Positions 34,712 through 46,231 of a DNA stretch of 46,523 nt are shown here, one piece after another; the first letter of the stretch is position 1; each line of letters begins with the position of its first letter. The position numbers and the translations under genes were made by a program. The notes under the pieces were generated by a model that saw only the letters and a list, made by a program, of their open reading frames with translations, did not search any database and had not been told where the DNA came from. Origin of the DNA: Pelomyxa schiedti (taxonomy: Eukaryota > Protista > Evosea); assembly GCA_020536535.1 (NCBI GenBank), contig JAHLWZ010000031.1, positions 1 through 46,523 on the forward strand. The letters are read 5' to 3'.

Positions 34712-36787
34712 TTAGTTTACACCCGGTAATGTTTCCTTTCCAACTTCTCTTCTTTGGTATTTTATCCCTGTAGAGGCCAGTACCATTGCTCCACAAACAA
34801 TAAGCACACAGGTCTCCACAAGGTTGAGAATGTCTAATCGCACATACGAGAATACTGTATCCACTGTCAGAAGCAGTGTATTGAACAAGAAAGTGATCAG
34901 CCCGGTACTGGTTCCTTCTCCAACTGGGAAAGTAACTTCGGCTGCTAACTCCAAGAAAACGGGATACATCGCCCTTCATTTGGTGTGAGATAAATTATGG
35001 TGTGCTTTGTTTGGTACCCTTGAAACAGACCAGCAAGAATCAGTGCAGCAGATACCGTATATATATTCGAGGGAATTGGTGGCTCTGCAAACATAACTGA
35101 CGGAAGGCTCAATGTGATCCAGGAAAAAGCAAGAATTGCCAAGAGGCACTCAACGCAAATAAGAGACTTCATGTGATATGGAAGAAACTTGTCAACAATT
35201 GCACCGCTTGTGACACAGCCAACTGTTGCTGTTTGGGGTGAGCTTTTGGTAGAAGTTAAAGTAAAGACCTGCTATTGTGTTAGCACATCCCATCCATCCC
35301 GCTTGCTGCGGTGTGTAATTGTAAGATGAGAGTACTAAAGGGATGAGGGATATCCAGCCGGAACTAACACCTGCCTCCACACCTCCAGCAAGAATAACCA
35401 AGACAGCGTTTTTCCTCTGTATGAACTGTGAGGACCCAGAACTTATGAGAGTTGCGCACCTTCAGGCAAACAAGAAGGCCCTTGAACCATTTTTTTGGCA
35501 GTAGTGAACTCAGTTGGAAACTCAGTTTGGGAGCAACCGGGGTCTACGGGAAAAATTTAGAAGAACGGTCGATGTCGAGAAATTACCTCCAAGGGTTTTT
35601 CATTGAAACTAGATTGATGTGTGCGGGCTGCAGCACTTGGTGGGCTATGTGGAGCACTAGGAAAATGAATAGTCACGAATAGAAGAGGGACCACAGATAT
35701 GGCTATTTCCAGGTACAGCAGGTGAGGCATTTCAGAGCTGGTATGAACAACTTGCGGGCCAATTACAAATCCTGCGTTTCTTCAACCAAGGTGCCAACTT
35801 TCATCAATGCTTACCTAATGCAATTCCTACTGATGTGGAAGTGAATGCAATTGCAGTTGCAGTGGTGCGCTCATTATCTGGAAACCAGGTACAAGACAAC
35901 TGAGCAACAGATATCATCATGCTCGGATTTGCAAGGGAAACTACGATTTGCCCAATGTGGAGAACGGCCTAAGCATGATTGGTAAGGCTGCATTTGATGG
36001 GTGTTGGCTTACTATCATTCCATCTTTTTGTCGCAGTTCTTCACTGACAAAGCAGGGTATAGTTCTGATGCAAGCACCAAAGAATACTGCCCACACACCA
36101 TATAAAATACAAATACTAAGAGGGAGAAACCAAACAACCGCTTGTAAGGAGTCAGAAAGCGAATGTTGTCTGAAGTACGAACCGTAGCCCATTCTTGTAT
36201 GTCAGTAAGGCAGAGACCAGTGGCGCGAGTATAATAAAAACAATAGCCCCCCAATTAAGAAGCATGTTGAGGGTGGCCAAAGATATGCCATAGTATTCCT
36301 CGGATGCCTCTAGAAAAAAGATGAACAAATAGCAACAAAATAAAGGTGGCACAACCAACCTGGAACACTGGAGAATGTGAACCTGTTACCAAAAGCAAAC
36401 ATTAACCACTGGGAGAATATAGAGAATAGAAAACCAGCAAATGCATTCTTCAACAGAAAAATAGCAAAAAAGAGCCAGTATATACCACCTCTTTTTCTCG
36501 GCTGTGTTTTTCAAGCTTCAAAAGGGTTAAGCTTGAGAATGGTGGTTATGGGTGAAAAAAAACAACAACAACAAACACTCGCACCTTCTTGGGACGGGAC
36601 CAGGCAGAGCAGGAGTAGAATACATCCCATCATGGCCACCCGATACGTAGTATGCCCCGGGTATTTGTGTTGTTGTTGCTGTTTCTACATCGCGGCTCGT
36701 TTCTGGGCCGTCGCCGCCTCCCATAAGTCCCTTTCGCTCATCTTCCGCAACCGTGGGAGCATGTCCCTTCTGTTCGTACTCCTCCAT
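34712..36787 (-). CDS. MFS transporter, SLC49/FLVCR family (DIRC2/SLC49A4-like)
   Basis: RWYILALF, LLNWGAIVF, WFPDNERTTATAIA, ELAAEVTFPVGEGTSTG. N-terminal ERKGLM resembles an acidic dileucine signal. Confidence 0.85.
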
Positions 36788-36969
36788 TCGTTGTTGTGCC
36801 TAGCGAAGGATTTGGGGTACTGTTTGACCAAAGAGAACGCCCCAAATCGTGGCGAAAATATGTGATTGATGGGACGCTCTTATCGGAAGCAACTGTGATG
36901 AGTGCAAAGAAAAAAAAGGGAAACACTTCCCAGGCTGTGTTGTAGAACACAACTTGACGAGAGTGGGCT

Positions 36970-39161
36970 TCACCAAGCCCTGCGGAGGAGGGACAAAGTG
37001 GGTGCAGGTGCCGGGGCAGGGGCATTGGGTTGTGTGTTAGCAAGGCTGAGGTGCAGGAGTGATGGTGGTGATGGGAGTGTGTTGGGTGGGGTGAATGAGG
37101 GGGGAAATTCGGTGGATAGTGGGTGGTGCTGTATATAGAGGTACTGCGGTTGCTGCAGTTGGGGTGGCGGGAGTGACGCGGTTTGGCTGGTGCTGGTACT
37201 TGTTGCGGGTGTGGTGTACTGTTGTTGCTGCTGCTGCTGTTGTTGTTGTTGTGGGAGGGAAAGGGAAGGAAGGGGTGAAAGGTTGGTGAGGTGCGCGTAC
37301 GCCGAGTTCACCGGTATGTATTGGAGATTGGACATTGGTGAAATTTTGGTGGGGTCTGTGAATGGCATAGGTGCGGGTGCGGGAACGGGTGCCGTGGTGG
37401 ACAAAGGTGCCGTGGTTGTGACAGGCTTCTTGGAGAGTTTCTGTAAGCGTTTCTGCTACAAGTTATCCGCTGGAATAGTAATCAGTTTTTACCTGTATTG
37501 TATCAGCCTTTGGCCCATGCAGTATGTCGGCAATCATTTTAGAGACTTCAGTAGGAATTCTCTCATATGAGTCCTGACATATCCTGGCAAGTTTATCCAA
37601 AAGGGGATCGAATTCCCTTGGGGTACGCCTTGCTAACAGGCAAGTAAGCGCAGACATTCCTAAATTCCACAAATACCATTCTTTTCAGGCTTCTGGGAGA
37701 AAATCGTTTTCATCTCTTGAAGAATTTCTGTTATTGCTGGGTTTTCAGCAGGCCCGACAATGGGTGGAATAACCGGTACTTTGGAAACAGGGACAAGGGT
37801 ATCCTATTCACAAAGTAAAGTGTGCGCCAAAGTTCATTGGGCAATCATTACCTCCTGTATTCTGGGTTTCTTTGAGAGATTTGGAGTAGCAGATTCCACG
37901 ATTTCACTCGTGGGAGTAGTAGCAAGCACACTGTTTTCTGCTTGTGGGGAGTCATGGTGACTGCGTTTTCTTGATGTAGTTTCTGAGTCACTACTGATAC
38001 ATATTTTTTGCCTTTGTTTACTATTTTCTTTGGACTTTTCTTTCCCATTTTTTTTCTTTTTTTCTTTGGAACTTTCTGTATGCTTGTGCTTATGGGAGTT
38101 CTTCTCTTTCTTGGTCTCCTTTTCCTTGGAGTGATTTTTCCTATCTTTTTTTGTTTTGTCTTTTTTTCCTTTGTGTTTATCTCTTGATTTGGTCTTGACC
38201 TTACCAGGTGGCGATGGGGGGGTTTCTTCTTTGCCACTACTACGTTTTTTCTTACTGCTCTTCTCATTCACACTTGTAGTTGATACACCATCTTCCTCCC
38301 TGAAACAAAGTAAACAAAGCAACATGAATCGGGTACACACGTTGGAATACCGAGGAAACTGATACGGGTTTCAAAGATGGGAGGAGGAACCTCAGAATCG
38401 TCGATGAACGAGTTCTCGCCATCGCTATCGTAGTAGTCTTCGAACACTTCGTTTTTCTCAGCGATATGTGCCACCTTATTCAGGGCACTCATATACAGTG
38501 CTTCCTGTAATACATTGAGCACAAATTTACCCCGTTAAAAAAAAAAAAAATGATAAAAAAGAGAATAGAACCAAAAAGAAACACACACATTGCCACCCAT
38601 CTCGGCCACTTTTTTATCGGCGGCAGCCATCCTGGCCTTCCTCCTTCTCTCCGCATCTCTTCTTTTCCTAGCCGCCACAGCCTCTTTCGTCTCCGCAGCA
38701 CCCTCCTCGCTGCCTCCCGCCTGTTCCCCCGTTCCCGCCCCACCCCCACTCCCCGCCGATCCTCGCTGCACCGCTTTCCCATCGTCGCCGGCCCCCGCCC
38801 CAGTCCCTGGTGCCGCCTCGGCCTCCCCGCTGTTGCTGCTGCCGTTCTTCTCGCCGTTACCAGGCGGGCCTCCTGCGCTGGCCCCGCCTCTGTCCACCGC
38901 CTCCCGCCCGCCCCCGCTCTCCCTCTTGCCGTCAGCCCCCGAGTCCACTGCCCCGTGTTGCTTCGGTGGCTGTTGTTGTTGTTGCTGTTGGAGCTGCTGC
39001 TGCTGGCGGCGGGAGGTGGCGAGGACCTCCTCGAGGTCGAATGTGTTGCCAGCGGACAGATCCAACTCTACGACGAAGCCGCCGTCGCCCCAGTCGCAGC
39101 CCCACACGACGCCCCCTACGGCTCCGCCTTGCCGTCCCTGCTCAAGTTGTGTGCAACTCAT
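36970..39161 (-). CDS. Ubinuclein/Hpc2-like HIRA-complex subunit (HRD/HUN domain)
   Basis: EDYYDSDGENSFIDDSE matches the HRD motif. Lys-rich middle region and Q/P-rich C-terminus. Confidence 0.65.
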
Positions 39162-39306
39162 TTTGCGTTTTTTGATCAACGTTCGGTTGTTTCAAAAAAA
39201 AATTAAATAGAAGTCGTGTGAATAGAACCGTTCCTCTGCGTTTGGAATTGTTGCAAGTTGTAGGAATTTATGGGTGGCAGAATAATGCACTGGTCCGGAG
39301 CTTTTC

Positions 39307-40469
39307 CTATGAACTGTGTAATAGGGAGAGGATGTGCTGGCCCACTTGGAAGCACACTTTCTGGGCAACACTGTCTTGTTTGACCCAGAAATGATCACCC
39401 TCAACCCTGTGGTAATATCAGAAAGCTATTCTTTTGGAGGGAAGGCACGCACCACTCAGGACCAGTCAAGGGTCGCGATGTGTGTTGCTGCCATGCGGCC
39501 ATTTGTGCCGGGCTTGAGGTATGGTCAGAAGAGCCCTGGTACACAAAGAACGGCACATTAAATGGAGCTGTTAAGGGCTTGTGTTCGTAGTAATCGTGGG
39601 CTCTGATGTCACCACGGAGAACTTGATGTTTAAATTGGTTAGTTTTCCGTAGTTGAGGTTTTTCTATACCTGGAAGGAAGTGCAGGAGCATATCGGGATA
39701 TTGTTGTGACATGGACAACAGTGTGGTATCATGAAAGTCTGTTGACATTTTTGTAATAAATACCTGTTGCGAATCAGGAAAAGTGAGAACAAGCACTTGG
39801 TCTACCTGGTCGTCAACAATACTAGATTTCCTGTCTGCAGGGTTCTCTGGATCCTTGAGGTGGGGAGCTCTTCTTCCGGAAACAAACAATCCGAGGGGTG
39901 CGGCAAACCCTTGTGCCATGAGCCTGCGCATCACTTCATATCCCAGGATTGACCCCATACTATGTCCATAAATTGCGTAGGGTCGGTCAATAAACGGCTT
40001 GATTCCAGCTGTAACTTTCTGTTGTCATGGAGGTGTGTGTGGTGTGGGGATAGAGTTGTTCAAAAGTAAGTAAACAACATGAAATAGAGCAATCATACGG
40101 CCGTACATCAGCGAGTTCATTCAAATCCAAACACAGGGGCTCCTTGTTCCTCCCAATGTGTCCTGGCAATATAATACTGCAAACTTGAATTTCTGCTGGA
40201 AGCCACATCTCCCACTTGCGGTAGTCTTTTCCCATGTTTAGAATCCAAAACATAATATAAATCCATCCGTTTCGACACATAAAACTCAACATCCCATGCT
40301 GCGATGAGTGCGGATAATAATAAAAAATAATAATTGTCGCCACCACACTCATATGACGCGTACCGTTGAAGTTGCCACCGGCGTGGTGGAAGCAAAACAA
40401 CTTCACCGCTGGATTTGGTTTCTTGGGCATCGTCGGCCCCATGAACCTGGCAACCCACTCCACTTCCAT
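39307..40469 (-). CDS. Stand-alone type II thioesterase (GrsT/OLAH-like alpha/beta hydrolase)
   Basis: KLFCFHHAGG, ILPGHIGR..EP, YGHSMGS, LFVSGRRAP, VLRGD, GSSD..W, GDHF. Confidence 0.9.
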
Positions 40470-40644
40470 CGATCTACTATGTCTCTTGGTATTGCCTTGC
40501 AGCCCGACCGCGTGCGCCAACAATCGCTGTTGATGTCAAGGAAAAGGGTGAAAAATGACTTCCATGAATTTCGCTTCGGTGCAGGTTGTTCAAGATGGCC
40601 TGAGCGTCATCCACGAACCCATTCAATCAACAATACCATTTCTT

Positions 40645-41863
40645 TTATAATCCAGTGACCCTGTAACAAAGGTCAGTGTTCAAGGTGCAGATGTGAACCC
40701 CACACAGCCCATCGAACAGTGCAACACTGTGTGGTGACACTTCCTCAACCACGATTCCATTTGCAACAAACCGCGAATCACCTGAATTGTGAATGCAAGG
40801 GAATGTGGCAACCACAGTGTCACAACCACCGTTCGTGGCTCTCACATCATGCACCGTGGTGTGGCCATCGTCGTCTGTCAGTGTGTAATACCATGACCAC
40901 GCATGTGCAATTGGGTTTCTGGATGACACAGTGGCCACTTTCTCTTCAGTTGTGACACACAAAATCTTCTGTGTTGTGTCATTCTCGAACACACTCACAA
41001 AGACCCTCTCATCCACACACCACATGCACAGAGGTGGATGTGTCTCACCCACGCTCAGTCTTGTGATGTCAATCAACGCACCAGCCTGCATGGAGGCAAC
41101 AAGGTCAACGATTCGCACCAAGTGCTTTCCAGAACTAAAAATGCCTGGCTCCTGTATGACAGCCACAGAATTGTCATCCACAAACAGAGGGTTGTACATC
41201 ACTCCATATGAACGAATGAGATCAACGAGCACCTTGGGAGCCGGTGGCTCACTCAGTTTGTCCAGGTTCCACACATTGAGCATGTTTGACCTCCTGCACA
41301 CCACAATCCACCTCCCTCGGCTCGCCACTTCGTCCAGCGGATTTAAACTGCCGTACAGCCTCACCACCTCCGCCACAGTGGCCCCATTGTCGTCGCACCC
41401 ACGTGGAATCACATCCTTCACGGCCAATGCACCATTGCTGGACTTGACAAGAGCGAGGTTGTGATTACGATTGGTGGGTTCAGAGGGGCTTGGGGCGATC
41501 CACCCCACGACGTCGGCATGAATGACGGGAATCACAGAGCCACTTGTTCGGCTGACGAGGCCCAGGGTTGGTGACACAACCACGACCACACTCAGTGTTG
41601 GGTACATTTCCTCCTCTTCATCAGTGTTAGCTGTGATGAACGACGACGAGACTGGCGACGTTGCTTGGAACTTGAGGGTGATCGTGCGTGATGGGGCCAC
41701 GACCCACTGGCGGGCGGCCAACTTCCGACAACGTCGAAAATGGCAAGTGACGCGCTCCACTCGCGCCGCCACACCGTCCGACAATCGCACCAGCAGCAAG
41801 TGCCACAAATTGCTGCCGTGCGCAAAGACCAACGTCAGCGGACGGTCCACGTCGCTTCATCAT
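40645..41863 (-). pseudogene. Frameshifted copy of the intronless ~404-aa expanded-family gene (intact copy at 44885-46099)
   Basis: 4-bp insertion at ~41711-41714 (CTGG-CGGG-CGGCC vs CTGG-CGGCC) truncates the ATG frame at 78 aa. The rest continues in another frame. Confidence 0.75.
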
Positions 41864-42106
41864 TCACCAATCTGGTTTCCTTTTTTTAAGGAAAGAGGAA
41901 TTATCCAGGCAAGAGAACGGTTTCACGTGAAATGATGATGGGGCGGTGACGGCATTGCCCTGCTCCTCAATCAATGATGGCTCCACATAAAAGAGCAAAA
42001 CATCTAAAAAAGAGGGATTGTGTTGTTGACAAGTGACGATGGTGACTTCTCCCTGCACTTTAAACGCGTTTCTAACTTGTAGAAACAGGAGTTCAATGAT
42101 GAATTG

Positions 42107-43404
42107 ATGCAAGGGATCTTGTTTGGTCTTTTCTGTGCCAATGCAGTCGCTATTTTTTATTTACATTCTATGGATTACGATGACACCATTCCACAACCAA
42201 GGCATTCAATTGTTCCATGCAACTATGGATCGTTGAAGCGAAACATCACTACCCTGGGCGACGGTGATACAAACCCGTATCTTTTGCATGTAATCACAAG
42301 GGGTGGATCATACTCAACTCATTCAACAGACAACTGTCGGAACCAAAGAACTCAAGCAACAACAATCATCGCGGAGACAACACCAGAGGGCGGTGTCACC
42401 AACAACGTTGAAAAATGTCAAGATTGGCTCTCCCTTGTCACTGATTGTATTGACAGGTTTCTGGAGGAAAACACTGCGACACAATACCGTACGTTGAAAA
42501 GCTCGAACACAACAATGGCGTTCTTCTGGAAGCTCGAGATTGCACCAACTTCCTGCCAAACACTCATCACTGTGATGGACGGCCAGTTCAAACTCGTGAG
42601 TGTCTCTCGATTTTTAATTCTCATGAAAACAACTAAACACGCAAATATAAAGGAAGACAATCCAGCAACGAAATTAATGTCAGGGCACACTGTTTATCAC
42701 AGGCCCGAAGTGTTCTCAAGGAACTTATTTCAATGTGTGTGCTCATCATTTTTTTTCCGGAACTAACTATCACAAATCTCCAGAAACGATTTCCGGTTCA
42801 ACCAACTTCCAAAGGTCTTGTTGCTTGCGAAAAAGGCAACAGCAAGCAAAACCAGTGGCAGAATACCTCAACCACTTTCTTCTTCGATTCCGCCAACACA
42901 ATTCCAGCAACAGGAACAAGAAGGCTTGATCCATCCCATCCAACAAATTGATGTCGTTTCTCTGCTCTTACATCTTCGCAGATTCTGGCACTCCATCCAC
43001 TGTTCCAGCACTCTCATGCGCTTCTGCTGCAAGCCACATGATACCCAGTGGTGTGGCAGCTGAACCAGAGCCCGCAGAGTCCGCCCCGCTTGCAGGTATT
43101 TCCTTTCTTTACAACAGCAAAACAAAAAAAAAACCAAGACAAATCCGGAGCTTTGCTGGGGATTCTGCATGAAATCCGTGATGAACTTTTTGAGTTGTAA
43201 GTTCCCTCCAGTAATAAATACTACTCTGACAACAATAAAACAGGAAGAATTCATTGGTGTGGGAGAAGGCCCTCTGCCCGGCACCAGTGGGGGTTAAGCC
43301 GCATTCCAACAAACAACCCTTCCCTGTGTGCATCTCAACTTCCTCATCTGCTTCTACTATCCAGAAATCCCCCCGTCGGCAGTAGAACCACCAAGCTATC
43401 TTGA
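42107..43404 (+). CDS. Hypothetical multi-exon protein; ends uncertain
   Basis: ~210-codon open exon (MQGILFGLF...RNLFQ) followed by intron-like segments with branch points. Confidence 0.4.
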
Positions 43405-43494
43405 CTGTGTCTACCAAAATTTGCACTTGTTCATAACTCAACATAACACCAACTTTTTCTTTCCAGGTTTCTCTTGAAAGCAAATTGTTTGCAG

Positions 43495-44006
43495 TTATGT
43501 CATAAAATCACCAGAGGCCTTGTGGAAGTTAACGAAACCCAACAGGGTGTCAGTCTCGGCATCAGTGATTGCGTATTGCATCACATTGGGTGTTTGGGAT
43601 TCTTGTGCCTGCGGTGTGCAGCGCTCCCACACAATCAAGCCACCACGCAGGTGCATTCTGCCCTTCATTGCACAGTTGCCTTTTTTCCCTGTGAATGTCC
43701 TCACACAAGGAACAGTGAGGAGGGGCGTGCTGAAGTTCGTTGTGTGGAACACGTTGTATGTGTTGAAAATCGTTCCAACAGCATAGAGATTGCAGCCAAG
43801 TGGATAAAAGGTGCCTCTGATGTTGTGGGTTTCCTTTGTTAAGGTATTGTGGATGCTGTGGAGGGTGGCGTCAAACCCAGACGAGACTGTGCAGATTGGA
43901 TCACCACTGAACAGGCGCCGATTTGCCTCATACGGGAGAGGGATGGGATCCTTTTTGAACACAACAGTTCTCTGTTTGAAGCTCTCCTTGAGATCAATGT
44001 GCCACA
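43495..44006 (-). CDS. 3' part of a divergent paralog of the 44885-46099 family; 5' end lost in gap
   Basis: HIDLKESF ~ IIDLVASM; GGLIVWE ~ NGIVVEE; ITDAETDTLLGFV ~ LFDGLCGVHICTL; intronless open frame. Confidence 0.55.
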
Positions 44007-44106
44007 NNNNNNNNNNNNNNNNNNNNNNNNNNNNNNNNNNNNNNNNNNNNNNNNNNNNNNNNNNNNNNNNNNNNNNNNNNNNNNNNNNNNNNNNNNNNNN
44101 NNNNNN
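44007..44106. other. Assembly gap (100 N)
   Basis: Run of N. Confidence 1.
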
Positions 44107-44496
44107 ATGAAATAGAGCAATCATACGGCCGTACATCAGCGAGTTCATTCAAATCCAAACACAGGGGCTCCTTGTTCCTCCCAATGTGTCCTGGCAATAT
44201 AATACTGCAAACTTGAATTTCTGCTGGCAGCCACATCTCCCACTTGCGGTAGTCTTTTCCCATGTTTAGAATCCAAAACATAAAATAAATACATCCGTTT
44301 CGACACATAAAACTCAACATCCCATGCTGCGATGAGTGCGGATAATAATAAATAATAATAATTGTTGCCACCACACTCCGTGACGCGTACCGTTGAAGTT
44401 GCCACCGGCGTGGTGGAAACAAAACAGCTTCACTGCTGGATTTGGTTTCTTGGGCATCGTCGGCCCCATGAACCTGGCAACCCACTCCACTTCCAT
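44107..44496 (-). CDS. Partial second copy (5' exons) of the type II thioesterase
   Basis: MEVEWVARFMGPTMPKKPNPAVKLFCFHHAGG...ILPGHIGR, cut by gap. Confidence 0.85.
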
Positions 44497-44630
44497 CGAT
44501 CTACTATATCTCTTGGTATTGCCTTGCAGCACCGACCGCCGCGTGCCAACAATCGCTGTTGATGTCAAGGAAAAGGGTGAAATGACTTCCCGTAATCTCG
44601 CTGTGATGGGCCCGCCAAAAAAACAGAGCT

Positions 44631-44718
44631 GGCTGAATAAAAAAAACACCAGACCGCCGATCCTGAGCGACGATAACGAAAAGAACAGCGTTCCGCTGTT
44701 TGATTATTTTATTCAGCC
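44631..44718. mobile_element. 88-bp MITE-like element (GGCTGAATAAAA TIRs, putative AGCT 4-bp TSD)
   Basis: AGCT|GGCTGAATAAAA...TTTTATTCAGCC|AGCT. Shares core GATAACGAAAAGWACAGCGTTCCG with 46162-46231. Confidence 0.8.
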
Positions 44719-44884
44719 AGCTGTTGATACCCCCAAGGGAAGAAGTTCCTGGAATGCCCATGTGTGTTTACACTTACCCTGAAACGTAGGTCCCTCGGTG
44801 CGGAGTCTATTGACTGCATTTCTGGGTCCTGGTGGCAAATCTTAATTCCGACGTGATTGGCGTCAAAACGTGAGTTTTTTTTTT

Positions 44885-46099
44885 TTAAAATCCAGTGACC
44901 CTGTAACAAAGGTCAGTGTTCAGGGTGCAGATATGAACCCCACACAGCCCATCGAACAGTGCAACACTGTGCGGTGAAACTTCCTCAACCACGATTCCAT
45001 TTACCACGAACCGTGAATCACCTGAATTGCAACTGCAAGGGAATGTGGACACCACGGTGTCACAACCACCGTTCGTGGCTCTCACATCATGCACCGTGGT
45101 GTGGCCATCGTCATCTGTCAGTGTGTAATACCATGACCACGCATGCGCAATTGGGTTGCTGGATGACACAGTTGCTAATTTCTCTTCAGTTGTGACACAC
45201 AAAATCTTCTGTGTTGTGTCATTCTCGAACACACTCACAAAGACCCTCTCATCCACACACCACATGCACAGAGGTGGATGTATTGGCCCCAGGCATATTT
45301 TCGTTATGTCAATCAACGCACCAGCCTGCATGGAGGCAACAAGGTCAATGATTCGCACCCAGTGCTTCCCGGAACTATAAAGGCCTTCTTCCTGTATGAT
45401 AGCTACAGAATCATCATCCACAAACAGAGGGTTGTACATCAACCCATAGGAGTGGGCAATATCAGTGAGCACCTTGGGAGCCGGTGGTTCGCCCAGTTGG
45501 TCCAGGTTCCACGCGGTGAGCATGTTTGACCTCCTGCACATCACAATCCACCTCCCTCGGCTCGCCACTTCGTCCAGCGGATTTAAACTGCAGTACAGCC
45601 TCACCACCTCAGACACAGTGGCCCCATTGTCGTAGGACCCACGCGGAATCACATCATTCACGGCCAATGCACCATTGCTGGACTTGACAAGAGCGAGGTT
45701 GTGATTACGATTGGTGGGGTCAGAGGGGCTTGGGGCGATCCACCCCACGACGTCGGCATGAATGACGGGAATCACAGAGCCACTTGTTCGGCTGACGAGG
45801 CCCAGGGTTGGTGACACAACCACGACCACACTCAGTGTTGGGTACATTTCCTCCTCTTCATCAGTGTTAGCTGTGATGAACGAGGACGAGACTGGCGACG
45901 TTGCTTGGAACTTGAGGGTGATCGTGCGTGATGGGGCCACGACCCACTGGCGGCCAACTTCCGACAACGTCGAAAATGGCAAGTGACGCGCTCCACTCGC
46001 GCCGCCACACCGTCCCACAATCGCACCAGCAGCAAGTGCCACAAATTGCTGCCGTGCGCAAAGACCAACGTCAGCGGACGGTCCACGTCGCTTCATCAT
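44885..46099 (-). CDS. Intronless 404-aa protein of an expanded family (N-terminal ARQQFVAL..GRCG motif, beta-rich possibly propeller-like body)
   Basis: Complete ATG-to-stop ORF; duplicate at 40645-41863; distant paralog at 43495-44006. Confidence 0.8.
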   Translation of the reverse strand: MMKRRGPSADVGLCARQQFVALAAGAIVGRCGGASGARHLPFSTLSEVGRQWVVAPSRTITLKFQATSPVSSSFITANTDEEEEMYPTLSVVVVVSPTLGLVSRTSGSVIPVIHADVVGWIAPSPSDPTNRNHNLALVKSSNGALAVNDVIPRGSYDNGATVSEVVRLYCSLNPLDEVASRGRWIVMCRRSNMLTAWNLDQLGEPPAPKVLTDIAHSYGLMYNPLFVDDDSVAIIQEEGLYSSGKHWVRIIDLVASMQAGALIDITKICLGPIHPPLCMWCVDERVFVSVFENDTTQKILCVTTEEKLATVSSSNPIAHAWSWYYTLTDDDGHTTVHDVRATNGGCDTVVSTFPCSCNSGDSRFVVNGIVVEEVSPHSVALFDGLCGVHICTLNTDLCYRVTGF

Positions 46100-46161
46100 T
46101 CACCAATCTGGTTTCCTGGAAAGAGGGAGTATCCAGGCAAGAGAACGGTTTCACGTGAAAT

Positions 46162-46231
46162 GGCTGAATAAAAAAAAGGATCGGATAACGAAAAGTACAG
46201 CGTTCCGGTCTCTTGATTTTTTTATTCAGCC
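46162..46231. mobile_element. 70-bp MITE with 15-bp perfect TIRs and AAAT target-site duplication; empty site at ~41930
   Basis: GTG-AAAT|GGCTGAATAAAAAAA...TTTTTTTATTCAGCC|AAAT-GATGATGGGG versus GTG-AAAT-GATGATGGGG in the other copy. Confidence 0.92.

Noticed and set aside
40645-41850. 401-aa ORF starting MDRPLTLVF as an intact gene
   Set aside because: GTG-initiated artefact of the 4-bp frameshift; the true N-terminus is MMKRRG as in copy 2.
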